Shown here piece by piece: positions 57,506 through 64,000 of a DNA stretch of 64,000 bases (position 1 is its first letter; each line of letters starts with the position of its first letter). The position numbers were made by a program, and so were the translations under genes. The notes under the pieces were generated by a model. It was not told the DNA's origin, did no database searches, and was given only the letters and a program-made list of their open reading frames with translations. Source of the stretch: a phage; sequence record PZ379177.1; one strand, given 5' to 3'.

Positions 57506-57914
57506 CCGTGAGCAGAAATACATATTCGTGCCTTTGAAGAAGCATTCAGAATCGGTATTGAAGCTTCAACGAATCGAGTCGATGACTGGTGATGGCGTGC
57601 CGGACGTAATCGGCACCAACCGGAAAGGGCGCGGCTTTTGGCTTGAAATGAAGTTCTTTGAATCGTGGCCTGCAAGGGCCACCACTGCACCTTTCAGAAA
57701 TGCATTTGAGAAAGGCCAATGCAGCTTTCTTTCTTCGTGGAATGATTGGAAATACCCATCATTTGTTCTGCTTAAGGTTGATTCTGAGAAGATGTTTTAT
57801 TTAGTCCACCCTTCTATTGAATTAAAGCGTTATAATATTGCAGACGTTCAACGTGAGATAATCGTGAAGGGAACTATTCATCACATCATCAAGTATTTAG
57901 AGGAATTGTCATGA
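57492..57914 (+). CDS. VRR-NUC domain nuclease
   Basis: 140 aa; PD-(D/E)xK-type motif GDGVPDVIGTNRKGRGFWLEMKF. Immediately upstream of and overlapping the SNF2 helicase gene. Confidence 0.65.
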   Translation: MATNNREQKYIFVPLKKHSESVLKLQRIESMTGDGVPDVIGTNRKGRGFWLEMKFFESWPARATTAPFRNAFEKGQCSFLSSWNDWKYPSFVLLKVDSEKMFYLVHPSIELKRYNIADVQREIIVKGTIHHIIKYLEELS

Positions 57915-59434
57915 AAACACAAGGAATGCGCCACCAATTATTGGCGCTTGATAAAGCAGGCCGCAGAAAATACTTTGCTTATTTTATGGAGCAGGGTCTT
58001 GGCAAAACCTGGACTGCTTTGGCAGAGTTTGAAAAGCACTTCACTGCTGGCGCGTTCGATGCCATGGTCGTCATCGCTCCAAACGGTGTCCACTCCAACT
58101 GGATTCGTCGTGAAGCACCAGAACACCTTTCCATCAAGTGGATTGGGCACTACTGGCGCGGCAACGACAAGATGAAGACTAAAAAGGGCAAGGCGCTTTG
58201 GGAGAAGATGTTTGCTGATCACTACCCTGAAGGCGAAGTGCCTGCGCGCATCTTCTCATTCAACATCGATACCGTCAACACACCAGTAGGTTATCAACAC
58301 ATCGAGTCGGTCTTGAAGAAATACCGCTGCCTGATGATCATTGATGAATCGACTCGCATCAAAAATAACACAGCAAAACGCTCCATCAAGGTCGTGGAGT
58401 TGGGTCGGCTGGCAAAGGCCCGTCGAATCCTTTCTGGCACGCCGTTGCCGCGCTCGCCTGCGGATATTTACATGCAATATCACTTCCTTGAAGCAGGCTT
58501 GCTCGGCACCAAATCTTTCCGCGCCTTCAACTCTGAATTCACTGTGCTACTTGAAGCGCACGACCCAGAAATGCAAGCCATCCTCAAGAAAATCGGCGGC
58601 AATGGCTATGGGATTCCGCAAGTGCCGCGCAAAGACCAGTTTGGCCGACCGATGTACAAAAACCTTGACAAGCTTATCCGGCTGATGGAACCGCACTATT
58701 TTCGTGCGACAAAAGCGGAATACTTGCCTGACCTTCCAGAGAAGGTGTATAAGTTTATCGACTTCGAGCTGTCGCCTAAACAACGCGATGTCTACGATGA
58801 ACTCAAGAATGAGTACAACTATTTGATGGAATACAAGGGCGAAGAAGAAAACGTCAAGTTTGAGATGATCGCATCTCGCACTAAGATGAAGCAGGTGACA
58901 TCAGGCTTTGTTAAGGTGTATGATGAGATGGTCTACATGGAAGACAACCCACGATTCACAGCCTTTAAGGATTATGTGGAAGGGGTGCTGGAAGACGACC
59001 CAGAGCGCAAATTCATTGTTTGGGCCATCTTTAAGGAAGAGATGAACCAGATTAAGGACTGGCTTGAGTCTGAAGGCGTGGTCACTGGTGTGTACAACGG
59101 TGAAACATCAAAAGAGCAGCGCGAGTTCTTGATTGATGACTTCCAGAAAAACACAGTCGAGAACGGTGGAACGCAAGTGTTGGTGTGTCACGCAGCTGCG
59201 GCAGGCATCGGAATCACGCTTACCGCCGCCGACTTGGCAATCTATTATTCTTGCAACTATGACAACGAGTTGCGAAAGCAATCCGAAGACCGAAATCACC
59301 GCATCGGCACCAAATCAAGCGTGTTGTATGTTGATTTTATTGGCGTTGATACCATCGACGAAGAAATTCAGCGTTCACTGAGCATGAAATCTATGCTTGC
59401 TGATCACATCCTCGACGGCAAAAAGATGAATTAA
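57911..59434 (+). CDS. SNF2-family helicase
   Basis: 507 aa; motifs MEQGLGKTWT, LMIIDESTRIKN, LSGTPLPRSPADIY and C-terminal helicase motif QVLVCHAAAAGIGITLT. Confidence 0.85.
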   Translation: MKTQGMRHQLLALDKAGRRKYFAYFMEQGLGKTWTALAEFEKHFTAGAFDAMVVIAPNGVHSNWIRREAPEHLSIKWIGHYWRGNDKMKTKKGKALWEKMFADHYPEGEVPARIFSFNIDTVNTPVGYQHIESVLKKYRCLMIIDESTRIKNNTAKRSIKVVELGRLAKARRILSGTPLPRSPADIYMQYHFLEAGLLGTKSFRAFNSEFTVLLEAHDPEMQAILKKIGGNGYGIPQVPRKDQFGRPMYKNLDKLIRLMEPHYFRATKAEYLPDLPEKVYKFIDFELSPKQRDVYDELKNEYNYLMEYKGEEENVKFEMIASRTKMKQVTSGFVKVYDEMVYMEDNPRFTAFKDYVEGVLEDDPERKFIVWAIFKEEMNQIKDWLESEGVVTGVYNGETSKEQREFLIDDFQKNTVENGGTQVLVCHAAAAGIGITLTAADLAIYYSCNYDNELRKQSEDRNHRIGTKSSVLYVDFIGVDTIDEEIQRSLSMKSMLADHILDGKKMN

Positions 59435-59508
59435 TATCAAAAATAATTTGACTTGTCATGGAAGATGAGTCATAATTACTTCATCGAAACGAAACAGAGG
59501 AATACAAA

Positions 59509-59772
59509 ATGGTACGCATCCTTGAACGTTACAAAAATGAAGCTACTGGCGCAATCGCTTTCAAACGTCTTTTGGTCAAAGAAATTGACGGGATGTTCCG
59601 CGTTGTTAAAGAGTTTGATTATGGCAACGGTGCTGGGGTGAATACCGTTATTATGCCTGGCATCAAGGCGTATAAAACCTTGAAAGGCGCTGAGAAGGCT
59701 TTGGCGGCTTGGAAGCCTGAACGTTATCAAATGACCCGTGTTGAAGGGCTAATGCAAGAAGGTAAAATATGA
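59509..59772 (+). CDS. Hypothetical protein
   Basis: 87-aa ORF. Confidence 0.5.
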   Translation: MVRILERYKNEATGAIAFKRLLVKEIDGMFRVVKEFDYGNGAGVNTVIMPGIKAYKTLKGAEKALAAWKPERYQMTRVEGLMQEGKI

Positions 59773-60326
59773 GCAATATTAATTGGGAAGATGATTTGCC
59801 GCAGGTCGCTCCTGAGAGCATTCAAGAGCGCCTTGCGCGCTTAGTATCTGAACTGGCAGAACGCCAAGAAGCTTTGACAGAGCTTGAAGATGAAGCTGAT
59901 ATGCAAAAGCAGCGAATCAGTGAAATCAAAACTGTTCTGCTTCCTGGCGTTATGGATGAGCTTGGCGTGTCCGAAATCAAGCTTGAGGACAAGACCAAAA
60001 TCAAGGTCGAGTCCAAGGTGAATGCTTCAATCAAGAAAGAAAACGAATTAAAAGTTTTCGATTGGCTTGTCAACAACGGTTACGGCGGCTTGATCAAGTC
60101 CAGCGTCACGGCTGAGTTCGGTCGCGAAGAAATCGAACAGGCGCAAGAGATTGTTGCCGCGCTGCGTGAAGATGGTGTTGAAGTCACATTGAAACAAGGC
60201 GTTCATTCTGCTACACTGAAGTCATTTGTAAAAGAACAGCTGGAAGCAGGCAATCCAGTTAGTGAAGATATTAGCGTTTTTGAATACAAAGAAGCTAAAA
60301 TAACCTTGCCTAAAAGCAAAAAGTAA
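59769..60326 (+). CDS. Hypothetical coiled-coil protein
   Basis: 185-aa ORF; acidic coiled-coil N-terminus. Confidence 0.5.
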   Translation: MSNINWEDDLPQVAPESIQERLARLVSELAERQEALTELEDEADMQKQRISEIKTVLLPGVMDELGVSEIKLEDKTKIKVESKVNASIKKENELKVFDWLVNNGYGGLIKSSVTAEFGREEIEQAQEIVAALREDGVEVTLKQGVHSATLKSFVKEQLEAGNPVSEDISVFEYKEAKITLPKSKK

Positions 60327-60385
60327 TTTAACCTTTATCTTGAAATCAGGTTGCCACGAAACTTGATACTATAGGAAAATATCAA

Positions 60386-61246
60386 ATGTCTAAGAAAGAA
60401 ACTACCGAAGTTGCAGTGAAAAACACCCAGATGTCCGCTATGGCTGATTTTGTCGACATGACCGATTTTGGCGCTGGTTTTGAAGGTGCCGATGCCGATG
60501 CATATGCCATTCCTTTTATCGTCGTGCTGCAGAAGATGTCTCCTATGGTCGACGAAGATGATCCAAAACACGTTCCTGGCGCAAAAGCTGGCATGCTTTA
60601 CAACACCGTTACTGGTGAGTTGTATGACGGCAAGAAAGGCGTGCAGATCATTCCTTGCGCATTCAAACGTACCTTCATTCTTTGGGGCGGTCGCGAGTCC
60701 GACGATAAAGGCTTTAAAGGTGAATTTACCAAAGAGCACGTTGATGCAGAAGTAGCGGCAGGCCGCGCTGTTGAGATCAACGGTAAAGTATTTGTGCCGG
60801 ACGAAAACGGCAAGGTGCACGAGAAGAAGTCTCCTTACTACGCAGATACACGTAACCACTTCGTAATTCTGTTGAACGAAGAAACGGGTGAATTTGGTAG
60901 CGCAATGCTGTCTTTGACTTCTTCCATGATCAAGCCGTCTCGCATGCTGATGACCGCTCTGCAGCAGAAGAAAGTTCAGACTCCGCAAGGTCTGAAAACG
61001 CCGCCGACCTTTATGAACATCGTTCGCATGGGTACTGCATCCCAGTCCAAAGACGGCAACACCTGGTCCGTTCTTAAGTTTGAGCTGGAAGGTCTGGTGC
61101 AGGACAAAGGTCTGTACGAAGTCGCCAAGGCATTCCACAACGACGTAGTTGGCGGCAACGTTAACATCGACCGCAGCAAGCAAGAAGAAGCAAGTGGCGC
61201 TGCTGGCCCTGTCAATGAAACTCCGACCGACGCAGAAGAGTTTTAA
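60386..61246 (+). CDS. Putative ssDNA-binding/annealing protein with acidic C-terminal tail
   Basis: 286 aa; ends ...NETPTDAEEF, an acidic tail with terminal Phe as in SSB-type proteins; sits in the replication module. Confidence 0.45.
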   Translation: MSKKETTEVAVKNTQMSAMADFVDMTDFGAGFEGADADAYAIPFIVVLQKMSPMVDEDDPKHVPGAKAGMLYNTVTGELYDGKKGVQIIPCAFKRTFILWGGRESDDKGFKGEFTKEHVDAEVAAGRAVEINGKVFVPDENGKVHEKKSPYYADTRNHFVILLNEETGEFGSAMLSLTSSMIKPSRMLMTALQQKKVQTPQGLKTPPTFMNIVRMGTASQSKDGNTWSVLKFELEGLVQDKGLYEVAKAFHNDVVGGNVNIDRSKQEEASGAAGPVNETPTDAEEF

Positions 61247-61303
61247 TCGACAATCAAATCAACAAGGCTGCCGATTGGCGGCCTTTTATTTATCTGGTGC
61301 ATC

Positions 61304-61822
61304 ATGATAGAAAGAATTGTACCGCTCCTGAAGATTCTGGCCCTTGTTGGCGCATTTGCCGCTGGATCATACGTTGAAGACCTGCAGCAAACCAACGCAT
61401 CACTGGCCAAGGATAATCAATATCTGACATCGCTTAATGAGCGTAAGGACAAGATAAATGCACTCGAAGAGCAAATTGCATCTTTACAGGTTGAATCGGC
61501 ATCGGCATATGAGAAGGGTCGCCAGGAAGCGCAACTGGTTGCTGATGACACTATTGCTAGTTACAAGTCTGGGAATATCAAGCTGCGCGAGCAACTCAGC
61601 TGCTCCCGTGAGTTACTCAGGAGTATGCCCGACTCTGCGACCACTGGACGCCTCTCTATCCCAGAAGGAAACTGTGGACTATCAGAAGAAGATGTCAGAT
61701 TTCTTGTTCAGTTCGCCGCAGAAACAAACCGATTAAAAGAGAAGGTTAATAGCTTGATTGATACTTATAATCAGGCTAAAATAAAAATCGATCAATTCAA
61801 TGCATCAAAGGAAAATAAATGA
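61304..61822 (+). CDS. Putative i-spanin (Rz-like)
   Basis: 172 aa; N-terminal transmembrane helix (IVPLLKILALVGAFAAGSYV) followed by coiled-coil; a lipoprotein ORF is embedded in the +1 frame. Confidence 0.5.
   Translation: MIERIVPLLKILALVGAFAAGSYVEDLQQTNASLAKDNQYLTSLNERKDKINALEEQIASLQVESASAYEKGRQEAQLVADDTIASYKSGNIKLREQLSCSRELLRSMPDSATTGRLSIPEGNCGLSEEDVRFLVQFAAETNRLKEKVNSLIDTYNQAKIKIDQFNASKENK
61509..61736 (+). CDS. Putative o-spanin (Rz1-like lipoprotein) embedded in the i-spanin gene
   Basis: ATG at 61509; product MRRVARKRNWLLMTLLLVTSLGISSCASNSAAPVSYSGVCPTLRPLD... with a lipobox-like ISSC and a Pro-containing mature region. Lies wholly inside 61304-61822 in another frame. Confidence 0.45.
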   Translation: MRRVARKRNWLLMTLLLVTSLGISSCASNSAAPVSYSGVCPTLRPLDASLSQKETVDYQKKMSDFLFSSPQKQTD

Positions 61823-62412
61823 AACAGATTTATGCAAACATTCGCCAGTGGGCTTCTGACCGTAACATCATCCAAGGTTGCGACCTTAAGGACCAATACC
61901 CGAAGCTTATCAGCGAGTTTGGGGAGTTAACCGACCACGTTGATCAACTCCATGACCTTGTGTTCTTTGACCCTGAAATCGGATATACAGAGCAGGCCAT
62001 TTGTGATTTGCAAGCCGCAATCAAGGACGACATCGGTGATTGCCTTGTTGTGTTAACTATTCTTGCCGCGCAAAATGGTGCAAAAATCGAAGACATCAAC
62101 GGCGGCGGTTGCGCTGACAAAGGCGCTCACCCTCATTCCTTTATCCTTCGCTTGGCGAAGACTCTCGGACGGCTTGGTGACGCCATTGCTAAAAATCAAA
62201 GCATGGATATTGATGTCACTATCATGGCCGCAGTCGATTATCTTTCCGGCGTAGCGCATGATTATGGACTTCGACTGTCTGATTGCGCTCAAGCCGCCTA
62301 TGAAGACATCAAGGACCGTAAAGGTGTGATGTACAACGGAACGTTTATCAAATCGACTGATCAGGCTTATGCCTATGCGCTGGAACAAGTGATGAATAAG
62401 GAGTTTGAGTGA
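61819..62412 (+). CDS. MazG-like nucleotide pyrophosphohydrolase
   Basis: 197 aa; EExGE-like LISEFGELTDHV and DDIGDCLVVLTILAAQNGAKIEDI. Confidence 0.6.
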   Translation: MKQIYANIRQWASDRNIIQGCDLKDQYPKLISEFGELTDHVDQLHDLVFFDPEIGYTEQAICDLQAAIKDDIGDCLVVLTILAAQNGAKIEDINGGGCADKGAHPHSFILRLAKTLGRLGDAIAKNQSMDIDVTIMAAVDYLSGVAHDYGLRLSDCAQAAYEDIKDRKGVMYNGTFIKSTDQAYAYALEQVMNKEFE

Positions 62413-63386
62413 TGGCAGGAGAAATCAAAGCATTAAAACCAATGAAAGGTTGCCAGCGTAAACAAATCATCGAGCGCGGCGAAGATGTGCCGCTGCCTTG
62501 CGGATTATCCTTCAAGGTCGATGGAATACGCGCGATGGCGTATGACAACTTGCCAATGGGCACATCCGGCATGGCACTGCGCAACATTCAAATCAAAAAA
62601 GAGTTCCTATTCTTGGGTGAATTGATTCACGGACTTGATGGAGAGCTAATTGACGGTAATCCGAATGACAAGAACGTCATGCAACAGGCCTATACTGCAT
62701 GCATGAACACTGATGCAATCACTAACTTTACATGGTGGGTGTTTGATGACTTCAGCGACCCTGATTTGCCTTTTGAAAAGCGTTATGCAAACTATCGCGC
62801 TAGAGTTGCTGAAGTCAATCAGCACCTCATCAACCATGGTCGACGCCCATTCCTTCGCGCTCTCGAATATCGAAACATCGAAAATATGGAACAGTACGCG
62901 GCGATGCAAATCGAAGCAGACCAACTTGGCTATGAAGGCTTGTATGGCAAGTCTTGGACGGGCAAATACAAGCATGGCCGCGCGACGCCAAAGTCACGTG
63001 ATGTGTGGAAGGACAAGCCGTGGACCGATGAGGAAGGACTGATCATAGACTTCGTTGAGATGATGGAGAACAACAACGAAGCATTCATTGATGAGTTGGG
63101 TCGCACTAAGCGTTCGAAAGAGGCTGAAGGCTTAGTTGCAAAAGGATACCTTGGATCATTTGTGGTTGTCAATCCAAAATATGTTGATGAGAAAGGTGAA
63201 ATGATTCCTTTCCGCGTCTCCGCTGGTTCAATGCCTATGGCAGAGAGAAAAATGCTTTGGGAGAATCGCGAGAATTATCGCAACAAGTATCTGACATATA
63301 AATTCTTCAACTTTGGCATCGTTGACGTGCCGCGCTCTGCCTTGTATAAATGCTTCCGTGATATTACCGATATGGAGTATTTTTAA
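62409..63386 (+). CDS. ATP-dependent DNA (or RNA) ligase
   Basis: 325 aa; nucleotidyltransferase motif I LSFKVDGIRAM (KxDGxR) and motif EGLVAKG. Confidence 0.7.
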   Translation: MMAGEIKALKPMKGCQRKQIIERGEDVPLPCGLSFKVDGIRAMAYDNLPMGTSGMALRNIQIKKEFLFLGELIHGLDGELIDGNPNDKNVMQQAYTACMNTDAITNFTWWVFDDFSDPDLPFEKRYANYRARVAEVNQHLINHGRRPFLRALEYRNIENMEQYAAMQIEADQLGYEGLYGKSWTGKYKHGRATPKSRDVWKDKPWTDEEGLIIDFVEMMENNNEAFIDELGRTKRSKEAEGLVAKGYLGSFVVVNPKYVDEKGEMIPFRVSAGSMPMAERKMLWENRENYRNKYLTYKFFNFGIVDVPRSALYKCFRDITDMEYF

Positions 63387-63471
63387 CACACTGGATAAAT
63401 AATTGGTGCGTATAATCTATCGCGCCGTTTTCTAGAATTTAATATACAGTGTATACATAAAGCCGGAAATT

Positions 63472-63497
63472 TCCGGCTTTTCTTTTATTTACTTTCG
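63472..63497 (+). terminator. Rho-independent terminator
   Basis: Hairpin AGCCGGAAATTTCCGGCT followed by TTTTCTTTT, downstream of the ligase gene. Confidence 0.65.
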
Positions 63498-63561
63498 GCG
63501 TATTTACTTTCAAAACCTTGAGCCTATACTATTAATATTCATAATCAAAAGGTGAATTATA

Positions 63562-64000
63562 ATGAAAGCGAACAAATTAAAGATTGTTTTGATCATCATC
63601 ATGGCTATGCTGACAGTTATATTCTTCACCAAGACTGCATCGGCTGAAAATATGTTTACGCCGCCGAATGGAAGTGCAAAAGTTTTGACAAGATATTTCA
63701 ACAATGGGCAGTCATTTGAGTTTTGCTGGAATAAATACGACGTAATAAAAGAAAGATTTGACAAAGAAAAGATGTGCGTAATGAATGATCGCGGTCGGCA
63801 GGTCGTGTCGTTTGTGTTCGGAATGTCAATGGCAAAAGTTGATGCCCCTGAAATCGTTGTCAGGTATAATACATTGGACAGCGGCCTTGTCGACAAGACA
63901 TACCCTGTTGCAGTAGACAGCAGGACAGGCGGCGCACTAATACTCACTCCAGAAGATAAATCAGATGTCGTTAACATGCTCATCAACAGCAAAGACGTAA
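63562..64000 (+). CDS. Secreted protein, partial (3' end beyond the window)
   Basis: ATG with AAAGGTGA RBS; signal-peptide-like N-terminus MKANKLKIVLIIIMAMLTVIFFTKTASA; no stop before the window end. Preferred over the antisense track ORF 63510-63992. Confidence 0.5.
   Translation, partial: MKANKLKIVLIIIMAMLTVIFFTKTASAENMFTPPNGSAKVLTRYFNNGQSFEFCWNKYDVIKERFDKEKMCVMNDRGRQVVSFVFGMSMAKVDAPEIVVRYNTLDSGLVDKTYPVAVDSRTGGALILTPEDKSDVVNMLINSKDV

Noticed and set aside
63510-63992. 160-aa minus-strand ORF at the window end
   Set aside because: The plus strand at the same locus has an RBS-preceded ATG and a clear signal peptide, and follows the terminator after the ligase gene. The minus frame is probably a shadow ORF.

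Overview
This window reads as a contiguous stretch of a tailed dsDNA phage genome (or prophage) with no sign of host chromosome. All calls are by eye from the sequence and the ORF track; no database search was run, so product names rest on recognised motifs and gene order. Layout: (1) 1-24945, minus strand, morphogenesis module: large terminase, portal with an unusual C-terminal extension, Mu-F-like head morphogenesis protein, capsid genes, a run of small connector/tail genes, tape measure protein with a lytic transglycosylase domain, a spike-like protein and a fibre-like gene truncated at the window start. Contractile-tail assignment is tentative. (2) 25064-29945, plus strand: small membrane proteins and a 780-aa tail fibre with a C-terminal S74-type chaperone domain. 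(3) 30040-34400: the most unusual region. It holds long non-coding repeat-rich DNA, three near-identical strong sigma70-like promoter/leader cassettes driving three small acidic proteins with atypical codon usage, a dense same-orientation array of TAGTGCAAA repeats, and a TACGGAT-repeat module that is duplicated at 18.0-18.4 kb. (4) 34416-46573, minus strand: about 30 tightly packed small early genes plus a VirE/D5-like helicase and a PrimPol-like primase. (5) 46734-64000, plus strand, replication and nucleotide metabolism: Dda-like helicase, a Lys/Ala/Glu-rich protein, an enzyme cluster (FAD-binding protein, ThyX-like protein with a variant motif, HAD-like, SDR, VOC-like), DnaQ-like exonuclease, DnaE-type polymerase, VRR-NUC nuclease, SNF2 helicase, a probable embedded spanin pair, MazG-like pyrophosphohydrolase and an ATP-dependent ligase. 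Best candidate for an undescribed system: the early promoter/acidic-protein island at 30.4-32.1 kb and the adjacent repeat array; the enzyme cluster at 49.4-54.0 kb is second. No tRNA, CRISPR array, integrase or transposase was recognised.
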